Source of the DNA: Phoronis australis
Lineage: Eukaryota; Animalia; Phoronida
Assembly (NCBI GenBank): GCA_002633005.1
Contig: NMRA01000625.1
Span: forward strand, 1-64,000
DNA: 64,000 nt
Direction: 5' to 3'
The notes under the pieces are model-generated. The model made no database searches and was not told the origin of the DNA. It worked only from the letters and a program-made list of their open reading frames with translations. Positions 34,601-49,600 of the stretch are shown in pieces (the stretch's first letter is position 1; every line of letters begins with the position of its first letter). The position numbers were made by a program, and so were the translations under genes.

Positions 34601-37600
34601 ATGGACGACGGGACGCTTCTCCACTGTTGGTTTGATTTGTTATAGTTTGAAGTTTGCGATTATCAGCTTGACCTCATTAGCGCTTCATGGACTTCATAAG
34701 AACAGCAAATTATCACTATCGCCGGTATAAGAACAGCGAAGCAAATTTCATGCACAATCTGAAAGTTTCTGTATTCAAACTACCAATCAATATTCACTAA
34801 GGGTGTGAATTTATTATCAAGCGGGGTTTTCGCCATCTACTGGCTATTTCAAGAATAATCTGCATGTCATTGCAGGGTCTTCAAAGAGAGCAGTTTAGAA
34901 ATTGACAAGTTTTTTCTACTTCCATCGACATGGAACTCTTTGCCTGTCTTATTCAAAGTACCTTGGTTGAGCCAAAGGCACTGTCAATGTCAGGTCCAAC
35001 GCAGCTTCTCATTGGCTCATTGCAAAATTAATACTATGGCGTAAGCATATCATGCACATTTTAGATTGGTTAATTTGATACCACGGCTAAGGTTCCAAAA
35101 ATAAATTTCAAATCACCGCAATTATAGGGAAGGTGCGTATTTTTGGTGTGTTTTAGACGGGCATGCGCATTGACGTCCCAAACAGAAATTCCTGGTCTGG
35201 TGTCATTGGTGTGATCTCATGCTTCACTTGAAATGCATGCCAATATCTCTGCAAACATTTGCGTTTTATCGAGTTTTACAGAATGCACCGTGTCATGGCA
35301 TTGCAATTTATGGTGCAACTCTCTACACACGAGCTCTTCGAAAGGATATTTTCTCTCAACCACGTTAGTGCACACGTGCTACGCGTGGCCAACTCGAAAT
35401 CGGGGATTCGTGTATTGAAACTGCCTCCCTATAATTGCGTCGTGAGCTTATGGGTGAATTTCGCCGCAGAAATCGCAACGCCTCCAGCAGTTGCATACTC
35501 GTACGATAAGTAAACCATGTCACCACTTTCCTAGAGAAGACGCATTACAGGGGGGCGATAGTTAAAGTCACGCCTGCATTCCGATCACCGAATCCGTGAC
35601 TCAAGTGTCCTGGTTATAAAGTCACTAATCACTGATAGGATTCCAATAATACGGCAAAGAACGTCCAGGAGTTCCTAAAAAATATCCGCAACATTACATT
35701 TTTTCAACAGACAATACAAACGATGACAATGCAAAAAATACAGGAAGTCTAATGATACTTCGCCCTAACCGCTTTGCCGCGAACTTACACTGCAAATGCT
35801 AATGAGCTTAAAAGAACATAAACTTACCGAAAATGCCAAACAGTTCCGTTTTTTCCACACAAACGTATTTTTTGTCGTCACAGGCAAACGAACTGACACT
35901 GTCGATCGCTGATTCGGAATTCATGTTGTAAATGCTTAACTTGTCTAGATTCCCGAATGGATTGCCAGAGTTGTTCTTGTAAAAGTTCAAGACGGTCATA
36001 CAGTTCTCTACTTTTCTTGTCCAAACTGGCCCTGGAATGTTATGCATATCAATGATATCAGTATTCCATTATTAGGATAGCTTATTGTTAAAACTGGACG
36101 ACCTTATGAGACACCCGTTCCAAGTGGTGTTCGACTTCCAACTCAAAAGCCGTCTTGTGTAAATTACGCAGCCAAGTAAATAAATGATTAAAGACGAAAA
36201 TTAATCATGAATGATAAATTAAATAATTTACGTACGTAAATATCTATTTTATGCCATTAATATTATTTAAAGAAGTTTATTAAACATTAACTGGAAACGT
36301 AACGATGACAACGACCATGTCACGCTCTCCTTCACACCAGGGTCCAATAAAACAAAGAACAACGAAACAAAAGGCTAAAGGGTGCCATATTTCGTTTTAT
36401 AGCAGATGTTCAGAATTCTGAAGCAAAACACACTTCTCAAAATCCTTATAATAAAAAGCTATCCTTTAAACTTGATAAAACATGGTTTAGTGTTATTAAA
36501 TTTTTGTTTGTATATATGAAGTTTGCCAAGACATAAAGGAAGTTGCGTCGATGCAACTCATATTTCAAGATGCCAATTCTTTAATTCATGAAGCGACATT
36601 TCGTCCAAAATGAGCATACATAATAATAATTTTAAAACTGATGCATCATATCCTCGTTGTTCAGAAAAAAGCTACGTGCATAAGAATTAGAGATGTCAAA
36701 AGTCTGTTAAAACCTAATATTCTTTGGGTTATCGGAAATTTGATCCATCGAAGTTGAACGTCAGATGTGAAGTTAATTTGCAAAGTATGGGCTTTTCTCA
36801 AATTTCTTCACACTTTGGTCTTCGTCTCAAAGAGGGCAGTATCGTCTGCATGCTGTAGAAGTTTAATGAGCACATAATCATCAGACTCAGAGGACAGTAT
36901 CGTCTGCATGCTGAATACCCAGAAGTCGCCACCAGAGATCTTACATGTAGGTCGAAAAGCCCTAATTGACAGAACATTAATTATAATATCTAGTGTAATT
37001 AAAATATGTTAACTAACAGTCGAACTTGACTGTGACAACCTTCATAAATTTTGTTTAAACGTCTAATGTAGTAAAGTATGGAATTCCAAGCTTTTAGTCT
37101 TAAGCCTACACGCATTTTGTAAAGTATACTTCAGCATCTAACCTTCGTTACATTCATTGCAATCGTCAACGAGGCATCCCATTAGTGCCTTTTTCACTTT
37201 TGCGTAGTCTCGATGGCTGGTAGTGAGCTGAGCTTTCTTTTTTAACATGTCTTCCACCCTGCCCATCTGTTGCTTTCGGTAAGATTGCGTCTTCTTGCAA
37301 AATTCGGGGGAGTACGTCTTCTTGGTGCAATCGCGGTCGGCAAAACTGGAAGTTAGAGGAGTACAAAATCGAGTCTGCATCGAAACAGGTCAATTAAGGT
37401 TTAAAACTCATCACAGTTTGCTTTAAATCTTGAAAAGCCACTTAATGTTACTCTGACACGGGCATGAGCCTAAAGTCCTAATACCCAGAGTTAATCTAGT
37501 TCAAATTAGAAAAACATACACGGCACAAAAGTCGAGTAAATTGCATGTTTTACCGGAAATAGAGTGGTCTGAAGTCTTATTTGTCAATTTGGCATTTTTT

Positions 37601-40600
37601 ATTATGAGGCAATAGTACCCCCAGTTTTAGGATGACTACTGCACGCACAGGCTCCTAGTCAAGACGGTAAACACAATAAGGGGTTATTTTTAGATCTCTG
37701 CAGACAGCACTGGCGCTCCGACGTTGCTTAGCTGCAACGTGAAAGTAGTTCTGTAATACCTGTGATACCTGTCACGGACAGGATCATTAGGGATATGCTG
37801 GTGCATTAATCCCCTCCCCATACCATTCCCGCGACAGCAGAAGGCGCAGAACTTCAGGGCTGACGTTGCCTGTGAGCATCTGATTTCACAACACTCGGGC
37901 ACGGCTCTTCTTGTGACTTTTAGCAGCATGGCCACAAATAATACCGGCTTCGAGCAGTCGGCTACCATCATTGAACTCAGCCAGTTGTGACGAAGTCTGC
38001 TCGAGAGTGCGTTTGTGGGCCAGCAGCTTCACATCAGCCGAATACAAGTAGATGGGTTGGTTGGTGATGCATGAGACACCGGCGTGGCCAGGTACGAAAG
38101 ACCAGACCACTATATGATGAGGGTGACGTGATCGGAAGACACCTTAGTTGGCTGGCAGGTTTCCAGATTGAACTTTTATCAACACTGCCATGGAATCGAT
38201 GGCAAAGATAATGGTGTGATTCTCCAGGTCTAGGAGTGACAGCTTAGTTAGGGCACGTTGTATAGCCTCAAACTCCATCCGTGTACTACTTGTGTATATA
38301 TGGTGGCAGCCACTGCCTTCCGCAATGACGTTGTCAGCACAGAGTATTTGGTAACCCCATCCCGCACGATTAGTTTGACCATCGAATCATCCACCTGTTA
38401 ATACAATAATGGCATTTATATCGCCAAGACCACGCCATTGCTGAAGGCACAATGGTTGGGCTACTCCACGAGGCCATTACCGAGCTTCCCTGTTGAAAGC
38501 AATGATGACATTCGGTTACTCACCGAGTTCTTGCACTGGCAGCCAAGCAGCATTTTGCGCGGTCATGTGTTCGCCGATGAGGCCAATGGTTGTGTTTACA
38601 GCAGCGACAGTCCACGAGCACCTGCTAAGTAGGAGGCATTGCAGAAAGGTCTAGGGCGAAGTCTATAAGCTTCTGTTGCAGGGAAGGGATTCAAGCACCT
38701 GTCAAGTGCAGTCTTCACTTGACTGTGTAACGGATGGTAGGGGCTTTGAACAGCCGTGGATAACGTAATACCTTGTAGAAGAGATTGTCTGTCTGCAATG
38801 CTGGGAACACCGACAAGGTAGCGTAATGCTGTGACTGAAGTTGATCTCGTACATCCAGTGATGACGCTAAGACCAATGTTTTGGAGTCTCTCAAGTCTGT
38901 TGATTTTATTTTTACTGATGTTGATCATGGGGCGACCGTAGTCGAAGACCGAAGTGACGAGGGCTTTATAAAGCATGACGAGGTGCCTTTGTTTTGCCTT
39001 CCGACCGGCCGCAGCCCTAAGGGCATTGATTCATCTGTTAGCACGACTAATCATACTGTTAACCTGAGTTGTGAAGTTGAGCCTGCGGTCGAGTTCTACA
39101 CCCAAGTGACGCATCTGGTCATATGTTGCAATCCTCTTCTCATCGTAGGTAGGACAAGGGAAATCATAGACACTGAGACGATTATCTATCCAGAGTACAG
39201 AAGAGAGCTTCACATTTGTCTCAATTGCAGCTCACTCCACTGGTAGAACAATACTCGCAGATTTCCATCAAAATAGACTGTGCTTAGTGGAAAATCTCAT
39301 GATGTGTTTGTCCTTGCGATGACAGCAACATGTCGTCTGCAAAGGTACGAAGTCGTCAGTCGGAGCGGTTCAGTCTGGCGAGTGGGAGGGTGTAGATATT
39401 GAACAGCACTGGGGACAAAGGTGAACCTTGAGGTAAGTCTGTGTTGACAGATACCCATTCTGAACGCCATGTGCGATGTTTTAGCATGCATCACCGGCTT
39501 TTGGGGGCACTCATCACCCATCTAACGCACTGTACAGGAATACCGAGATGAAGCATGCCATCTGCAAGTTTTTGGAAGCTGAACAGAATTGTACGCATTT
39601 TCTAGATCAAGGCCAACGAGGAGAGTGTTTTCTTTGTTTTCAAAACCTTGCCATATCTTATCTGCATCAGAAGCTGCATTGGCCCATGAATCTCAGGAAT
39701 TTTTCCAATGACGTTCTGCACCACTATGATGCGATATCCCTTGAGTGTGCGATGATCCTTTCCAGGTTTTGGTACAGGACTCAAGAAGGCATCTGTCCAG
39801 ATGTGTGACGTTGTAGGACTTCACAAGCTTGGCCATCAGAAAGTCAGGCAACGACTTGAGTGTCAGGACTCTCACGCCATCGGGGCCAGGGGCACCGTCT
39901 TTGCAAGTTTTGATAGCATCCGCAACCTCTGCTGTAGAGAATCGACTGTCCTGTTCAGCAATCCTGCAAAGTCCATCTAGTTGTTGGATGAGGTGGTCTC
40001 TTTAAGATTCCTCACTGTGGTCACTTTGCTGCATGAAACGCAGGAGAAAAGCTTCACCCTGTTTCCTGTCACTCCTGAGAATGATATTATTTCCATTCAG
40101 TACTATGGATCTGGGAGGAGCGCGTCTCTTGTCCATGTTACGATGGAAGTGCCAGAAATCTGTAGCTGTCAAGTTGTATCGGCTGCAAAGCTCATCCCAT
40201 CGACGATGGGCAACCTCGGATGCTAAGCGTTTGAACAGGGCAGTGGCCCTGTCTCTGGCTGTTTTGACGGCCGTGAACTCTTCCGGCGCGCAGTTTTGGC
40301 GTGCACGATCAAAATCCCGCTCTTTGGAGCGCTTGTTAGCCCAAGTAGTGTCAACATCTTTATTACACCAAGGAGGGGCATTCTGCCTCCTGTGGTGGCT
40401 TACGTGCTTATTTTAGCTTTTGGCGTGTCTGCACGCTGATTTCCAGAGTTCATCTCCTTCGCTTTGATTGTAGGGTCGTTTATAAGTTGTTACTGAAGCC
40501 TTTCATTGGTGGTATAGTTGAACCTCACACAGTTTGTGATCACTTCCAGTTTGACAACTCCTACGCCTCTCAGCATGGTCGCAAAGACTGTCGCTGCGCA

Positions 40601-43600
40601 GAGCAAGGTCAATGCACGAGTCATGGTCACCCGGTCTCTCAGTCATCCTGGTGGGTTCACCAGAATTCAGAATATATAAATCTAGTTCTGGAAGCCATTT
40701 GGCAGGACCTTTACCATTCGGGTTCACACCGTAGACATCCCAGCTGCAGTGCTGAGCATTATAGTCACCAGCAATAAGACTATCAGGATAGATGTGAAGC
40801 AGATTGTGGAGAAAATTCCGACGGTCGCATCTAGGGGAGGAGTTACCCCGTATATATAAATTGACAAGTGTGAATGGGTCGCGGAAACTAAGATCAGTGC
40901 CTGTCAGCGGTAGTGAAACTGTGAGTATCCACAAGCTCTACCATGGTGTGGCTGTCTTTGTTGATTGCGTACGCCAGACCATTGGCGATGCCCTCTCTAG
41001 GAAAATGAAACCTTCGAGCTCAAAGTCTGTTAGGTCCTTGAGTTTGGCTTCTTGAAACAGGAGAATATCGTAGCCCGCACAGATTTTCTCCAGTATATGC
41101 TTGCTGCCACGAATGCCGCGTATATTACAGTACCAATCCTGAGACGGTTGAGTTAAAGTCTTTCGTACTTGAGTTGTCGGGCACGTTCGCCAGCTCTTTT
41201 ACCTCTGCGTTTCTTTCTAGGTCCGCGCTTTCAGGCGCCACGGCGGATGTTCTGTCCAGTTGCATTTTCCCAGTCGCGCCGTGCAGAATCCGTATGAACG
41301 TTAACTTCTGTAATAAGTCTTGAAGCAGGCGATGGAGGAACGATAAGCGTGTCGAGGTTATAACAATCTCTAAGCCCCATACGCCCACAAGGGCAAGCTA
41401 ACCGCGGCGGGTCAGTTCCCTACTGGCCTGGGGCTGCCAGGCTTGAGGCAGGCGGCAACTGACCAATAAGGGTTAAAGGTCAAATGCCACCCGATTTAAT
41501 TAGTCTTTTTTGCCGTCTTAATCGGTCTATATCCGCATCGCTTCGCATACGGTCGACATTACCTTGCCAAGAGATGTCGCGTTAACCTGTGAGGGCGGTG
41601 AGAAACGACGCTATCTACGTCAGTGGTTCATACGTGTATGCAGAGTGAATGCCGCTATGTTGTGGTGCATCGTTCCTGCTTGTCCGAACTAAGCAGCTGC
41701 GAGGAAAGCGCGTATATCGTTTTTTTACTTCCTCGAGAGTCCGAAATGATTAGGAAGTGGCACATGAAGAATGAAATGTACGCTGTAAATAGCAAGTATG
41801 AGGCCTTGAAACATCTCCGTGTCTGTGGCCTGCAGACGTCGACAGTGCCTGACGAATGCCGGCTTACCAAATAACTCCATACGTCCCGTTGTCTGAGCTT
41901 ATTCACGGCGCCTCTCTAGTATTTCTTCATCACTGTATTTCTGTTCGAATTGATAGCCTGTAAAACTTAACGATCCACCAGCGAAGTTGGGACTGATGAG
42001 CTCTAGCTCATCCTAAGTCGGAATTGCGAGTTGCCATGTTGGCGTTTATTGCTGAGCGTTCTGTTTCAAAATGAATTATTCTCATCCTAACCAATACTCA
42101 TGTAAAACTGAAACAAAGTCTGTCTCATTAGATGCAATTTGTAATGCCTTTGGAGTGTTCGTGAGTGCAAATGATTTGAGAAGCCAGCAATGAATAAATC
42201 ACTGCGTTACCGGCTTTAGGTGCAATAAAACTAATTGACGGGAAACCGAGGACGTGTGAGCTCATGCTAATTTAGTGTTTGCTGGCAGAAACTTTTGTGA
42301 AACAACTCGATTTCCATCCCACGGCCAGATTTTAGGGGAATCTTTATTTACATTTACATTACTCAAATAATGATTGTCAATGTACAACTTCTGCCCTGAC
42401 GGTGCTGTGGCCAAAGTGGAACCTCTGAATTCGCGGCCCCCGACGACTAAGTAGATTTGCAGTTTCGTGGCTAATTCACCAACATAATCACGTGCACATT
42501 TCTTCTGTGGCTCACTAGTATAGTATTTTCTTGACTGGAAGTTAAGTTTCCACTGAACTTTGGCTGGTTTATGTTCGTGATGTCTGATCAGTTTCCGAGC
42601 CACTGGCCGGGATAACGAGTCAGTCCGGCCGGCCGCGACGGGCCTGATGGGGCTCCGAGCCACTGGCCAGGATAACAAGCGTTTTGTGTTTAGAACTGAA
42701 AAATCACAAGTCTAAACAACACAGATCTAGGTTCTCATGTCTGTATCTCACGGAAAATACTTCGAAATTATCTCCGAACAGACCCCAAACTCCTGCTACA
42801 GACCTTATTGGCCAACCGAACTTTGTAGGCAACGGTGTGTCCAAATACTAATAAATCCGTACGAGCGAAATAAAACAACACGTTTTTATAAGAACTCGGT
42901 GTATTTTTGATGATTTATTGGCGTTAAACGATGAATTCATGCGATAGGCTGACACCAGTAACCCGTGTTGTGAACTGCTGGTTGGGTGTGAAACCGATGA
43001 CTTCATTGGATAATTTCAACACCTCCGTCTGCCGTCAGGTGTTAGGTAACGCAACCGTACGTGTCGTTATGGAGTAGAACTACTCGATCTAAATTGATAC
43101 AAATTAGGTTGTTTTGGGGTGGCATGCTCCTTTAAAGGACCCCTCCCACTCTCATGCGTGGCCCCTGACGCCCACCCGACGCCGATGAGGTGATGGCTTA
43201 GAATCAGTAAACTTCCACGCACCGGTATGTTCACTGACATAATGAGGCAGCCCGAAGTGACCTCTCCTGGACCCATGACCATGAAGACAATCCGTCGTCT
43301 CCTGCCTTTTTGAACGTTGAGTGCGTAGGGCAAGTAAGGTATCCAACAGAAACTTCGTCCGCTCTGATGGGGGTCGGCTCTATTTGCAGTTCTCTGCAGT
43401 AGTTCTGTTTATGACGCTTTTGATCAGTTTGAAACATTTGACATAGGAGTTTACTCTGAAAGGTGTTTAGGACCTCTTAGTCGATTTTATAAAAACAAAA
43501 TTAACTGTTCTTCAAACCCGAAATTTGGCGCTGTGAGCAAGTCGCACAAAGCAAACAGCTTTGTGTACGAGCAGCTAAATCATACAGGTCAAACCTCGTC

Positions 43601-46600
43601 CATCAAGGAAATTGGTAGATAAAGGCAGTAGAAAAAGAAAATTGGCTCTATAGTAGTCGGACTTGCTGGAAAACATCTGCCACATTTTATAACGAGCCTG
43701 GCGGAAAGATCGAGAGGTAGTCGCCACAAAAAGAACAAATAAAATACAAGTGCGACGTAAAACTTTGATGTGCGCAACATACTTGGAGAAATTTCATTTT
43801 GTCGAGTTACAGCACAACTGGCCATTTTGATTTTAGATTACATATTTCTGACACTTTGGATGCGGAGATCCCGTACTTACAATCCAGCATCTGTCTTAAA
43901 GTTGAAATAGTAGTTCTCTTTCCCTAGCTTGAAGGTACACGCAGTGGCGACATCTAGAGCCGAGATAGCCGGACCACCTAAAACGCGAACGTACCGGCAT
44001 GGTAATTACCTTTAGTTTTTGGTTTACATTGTTAAACAGAGCAAGCGGTGAGACAAGTGTCCATACATACACAAAACGTACCGAGAGTGGCGTACTTGAA
44101 GTAATATCCCACGAGACATTATTCCGCGTATCGACCGAGACCGAAGGAATAAGGTCGAGTGGGATATTACTTCGTGTACTCCAATCGAGGTACGTTTTGT
44201 ATTTATCTCATACGCGTCGAATGCTTAAGTTTCTTACATCTTTTCAGTAGATTTTCTAAATACTTCACTCAGACTGTTCACATGACGGATCACATTCTAT
44301 ATGTATGAATTTGCGCGTTAGGTTGCAAGTTTTCTCTTGTAAAACAAACAGTTTTAAAAGTAACGAATTATTTATTGAAAAGAGCTAACAACGATGAAAA
44401 CAACAGCAACTGTACAGTGAACTTGTAACAACTCCTGGAAATAGTTAAAAAACAACAATATTTGATATTGTAGTTTCCTAAGAATCCGGCGGCGCCTGAG
44501 TTGCAGACGATATAGTATTCAGCAATTGAAAACTGAGACATGAGTGTCATATAATTAACAGTTTTGTTCCAGTTTTTACGTTTAGGGCCTGGTTGCATGT
44601 CGAGTGTTAGTTACACTGTTGCAACTGTATTACTTTAAACTATATTCGGAAAGTATGATGATCGAACCGGCTGAAGACGTCGAGTCGACACTGATCTACC
44701 TTTTGAACTTTCCATGTCAGAGGTCACTGTTGAAGTAGTGCGGGAGGTGAATACGGTAAACTTCATTACATGGCCGTATTTCCCTCTACAGATTCAACGC
44801 GTATGGGATAAATATAGATTATTATATGGCGAAGTTGTTATCCCCCGTTATCTAGAGCCCGAGTGGATTTTGGAGATTTATCGCCCGAGGGTGATAAATT
44901 CAAAAAATCCACGAGGGCTCTAGATAAGGGGGATAACGACTGAGAACATGTAATAATCTATTTATACCACATACTGAACGAGAAATATTGCAATGAATCG
45001 ATCTACCTTTCTCGACTTGCCTCGGCTTTATAACTACTTTCGATGTCAGAGGCTCGGGGTCAGAGGTCGTGACCTTTTAAGAAAAGCCGAGCTATTTTTG
45101 TCAAATAATTCTTTTACTCAAAACCAATTGAAAAATAAAACAAAATAGAAATAAAGTGAATCTATAAATTAAGGTTTAGCAATTATCATAGCTTACTACA
45201 CATTTATCACGCTAGGCTTCGACAGGGAAAATATCGCCTGCTAAAGTAGGTTACCACTAGTAACTGGCTATAATGCTCAAGTCAAAGGATCCCAACGACA
45301 CGATACCCGCATTCAAATTAGAGATCGGTGATATACAAGTGAGAGAACGCGAAAGAAAAATGTCACTGAATTAAAATATCGCTTTTATGGAAATTATGCG
45401 TCGTAATTTTCATAGCGTATAAACGTCGGTGCAATGCCCTTTGCTAAACATGCGATTTTTGCGGGTGCTCATTTAAGTATTCTATTTTCACGTTCGATGA
45501 CGTCTGCCGCTGAGTGGTGTAGTGGTGAAGTCGGCGACTCAAAACTCTTGAGGTCCGCATGTCGTGAACACATCCACTAAAACAAGAAACTGTAGGAACA
45601 CCGCATTTATCCACCTTCACTCTCATCAGGCTTCTATTGTGAGTCAGCATGCGTGAATAATTGGCTGATAAGCCACCTCTGGAACTACTTTGGGCTGAAT
45701 GGATGACCAGGCCATAAAATGATAATTAGCCAAGACCAGTTACTATAATGCAACAAAGAACAAATNGAGCCCGAGTGAATTTTGGAGAATTATCGCCCGA
45801 GGGGCGTTAGCCCAGAGGGTGATAATTCTCCAAAATCCTCGAGGGCTCTAGGTAAGGAGGATAACGGCTGAGAACATGAAATAATCTATTTATACCACAT
45901 ACTAAACGAGAAACATTGCAATGAATCGGTTTACCTTTTCTGACTCTCCACGGCTTTGTAACTACTTTCTATGTCAGAGGCCCGGGGTCGGAAGTCGTGA
46001 CCTTTTAAGAAAAGCCGGGCTATTTTTGTCAAATAATGCTTTTACTCAAAAGCAATTGAAAACTTAAATATAGTAGAAATAAATTGAATTCATAAATTAA
46101 GGTTTACCAACTATTATAGCTTAAAACACGTTTTTTCACGCTAAGCTTCGACCGGGAAATTATCGTCTGCTAAAGTAGGTTACCACTGGTAACTGAATAT
46201 AATTCTCAAGTCAAAGATCCTGACGACACGATACCCGCATTCAAACTGTAGATCGGTGATTTACAAGTAAGAGGACATGGAAAAATTTTTTCACTAAATT
46301 AAGATATCATTTTTATGGAATTATGTGTCTTATTTTTCGTAACGTATAAGTACAGTACAATGCGGTTTGTTGAACGTGCGATTATTGCGCGTGCTCATTT
46401 AAGTATTCTATTTTCACTCTTGATGACGTCAGCCGCTGCATGGTGTAGTGGTAAAGTCGGCGATCAACAATTTCAGGGTTCCTCGTTCGACTCCGTCCTC
46501 GGTTTCCCGCCAAATCGATATCTCACTAGTGGGATAACTTTATGGGTTATTACACGGTTGTATCTGCCATTTGACGCTAATATTGTGGTATAAATATAGA

Positions 46601-49600
46601 TTATTACATGGCGAAGTCGTTATCTCCCGTTGTCTAGAGCCCGAGTGGATTTTGGAGAATTATCGCCCGAGGGGCCATATGACGGAAAGTTTAACATTTG
46701 AACTTTTTTCAAAACGAATCAAAGAGAGGCTTGGTAAGCAAGTTTCCAATAACGATCATGGATTTGCCTTTTCTCATCAGTGTGATTATACAGAATTTAA
46801 GTAACAAATGTTGCTAAGCACGACATCCCATTTGCACTGAGCAGTCAATTGGATGCAGTCAGGTCTGGCATCAAAAGCTTGTTCAAAAGGGGAAGGCGTC
46901 CACTCGCTTGTTGAACAGCTTTTTGCGAACTCACGCGAGGCCTCGCGATCACTCTCTCTCTAGCTAGAAATCCAATGCACACACTGACAGCGATTGCCGA
47001 CTACTAGGAAGCAGAATAAAGTTTGCAAAAAATATTTTTTCAACACTTTAATTATCACTGTTTTAATAAGAAAAGGCTTTCAATATGACACGTTTGTGGT
47101 AATTCAGAAGACTTGCCCCTTGTTTCGAAAATACTCTTGATCCCATTAAATGGGCCTGTTTCATGAAACGTTTCCTGTCCTAACGTAGCCTGAAGTCATC
47201 TTTCGTGAAGTATGTCCCATTTCTTTTTGAGTCTTGTTTGTTATGTGCCCACATATTTATTACTTGAGTACATTTTTTGTATCAATAAACCTCTTGTGAA
47301 AGTACAACTTCCTTCCAGGTGATACTTTACCTTGAACAACCTTTAGCCAACTTTCTAGTGCAGTGACGACGTTTGCGCTGCCGCCATCGTGAGTCCACAT
47401 TTTGGCCTGTACCGACGGGGGATCTGTCCATGGCTTAGGACGGAAGTCGAAATATAATTCGTTCTTATGGACACCAATTCCCAACATACGTTGTTGAGGA
47501 TTAATTTGGATGCCACAGATTTTAATGACTGCCTGGAAATAAACAAATTATTTTCATTCATTTTGATAAACAAAATTACAGCGTCTTTCATTATGTACGC
47601 GTTCTAAGTGATGACTCTATAGATACGACAAAGTGACCACTGCATCCCACCGTGTCCGGTGGACTGGCATTCGCTGCTCAAATGGTCATGGTACGGCTGA
47701 GACTATTTGGATCGGCATTCACAGACAACACGATCAAGTCGTCCAATAACGTCTGAATGTAAATTTTTGAGCTTTGACTGAACGCTGTTACCTTTATAAT
47801 TATCTAATGGGGCTATTCGGAAAATCTGCAATAACTAGAGGGCGTGCGTGTACTAGTGGTGATAGATTAACAGCCTCGATTTCGCGAGCCCTTTAAATAC
47901 ATGGTGAAATGGCTTGCAGCCGTGCCAACTGAATCTGAGATTGCGTAAAAAGGGTGCTTCTATGAAGGGAAGTAAGCACGACCTCATACAAAGGTAAGGT
48001 TTGTAATTATTTTAAAGATTATGCCATGATTATTCTACCGATGCCTGTTAACTGAGGCACTCGCCGATCTCGACTTCGCGGCAGTCAGTCGCCAGCCAGA
48101 GTCTGGTTTATCTTTGTAATATGTTGTGATATGTGATACGATACTTGACGTAGCAATCGGGATCTTTTCGTACATCAAGTATTATTATTGTTTGGAATGA
48201 TTTCTAAAAGTTAATCAGTGACAGTTAGATCAATCAATGCTGATGTTTATGCTGACAACTCGATACAGGTTAACGAGTTAAGATTATGTCCAATCCCAAT
48301 GGCAAAGGGTACGTGAGTGATAAATATCCATTCATTGCATTAGAGTATTTGTTTACTCCCTATCATGTCTTCTGGAAATGTATTACACGTTGAAATGGAA
48401 ATCTATCACGTCAGTTTTCACGTAACCTTTGGTTTTTATAGGTTTGAAGGCTTGTACCGTGCAGAGGAGATATGCATCTCTTCTGCACCATCCCTGAATG
48501 GCCAAAATTGGTTTCTAGCATTTGACTGCAGCTAACCAACAAGATCTTCCCATCCAGTGCAGATCTGTTGTCAAAGCCTACTTTCAATATTGGAGACAAC
48601 GAACAAAGCCTCCGAAAAGGAACAGATATTTTTAAAGTCATTTTGTTAAATTACTTATTCAGGTCCGAGGGGGGATTGGCATGGGGGTTGTAATATTTGG
48701 TATAACTGAATGTGTGGAAATAACAGGTAATACATGTTTGGGGAAAAGAGCATGGTGAGGTAATTCTTAACCTTCACGAAGTCCCTTCAAGTTGATTTCA
48801 TGAAACTGTTTTGCTACTGTATAAATTGTAAAACCACAAACATATATTACATTTTCGTAATTCACAGTGACTGAGTAGTCTTAACTCATGCCTTGAAATG
48901 TTGCAAGTCATTATAAATTCAAATGACTGCCATTTTTATGAAAATTGCATTTTTGATGGTGCCTTACGATTTGTAATTACTCTTAAACAACAGAAAGATT
49001 ATCAATCATTTTTAAATGACCCAAGTCTTCATATCTTCTATTAGAAGAAAAACGGTTCCCTCAACCTTAAGCTAGAAGTATGCTTGACAGACCCATGAAC
49101 CTGTAATCTGAGTTTAAAATTGCTGAAAGTATCAAAATTAAAAAGGCTTGAAAATGGGTAACAAAGGTTTGAAGTTGTCTCAAAAACTTGTATATTTTAC
49201 AGACAAGTGATGCGTTTAAAGAATTGTTATGGCTAGGGATAAAAAATAAAGACACAGTTTTATGCAATACTCATTATATACACCCTTGGTTTCTGAAAAT
49301 AGTAATTATTTACTTTTATGTGAAACTGTAGACCAATCACCATATATTTTTGAAAAACAGGGATAACATTTTTGATCCAATCTGGAGTACTTAATTATTC
49401 ATATTTCAATATTTGTTCCAGGTTCAGTGACATTTTAAGGCCACTTCAAGCTGTATCATAGACAAGCTTTGTTACTCCGTTCTCTTCCCACAGCACTTCC
49501 ACACACCAGCAGTGCTGCATGGCACAATGTGCAAGTCAGTGGCCCTGGAGAAATGTGAATCGCAGTACTAAGTTACCATAAGACAATGTGCCAGTGGAGT

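Noticed and set aside
41985-42030. Hammerhead-like ctgatgag core
   Set aside because: No GAAA after stem II and no matching stems I/III
46432-46503. Functional tRNA gene
   Set aside because: A/B boxes are present but acceptor and anticodon stems do not pair; it sits within a repeat
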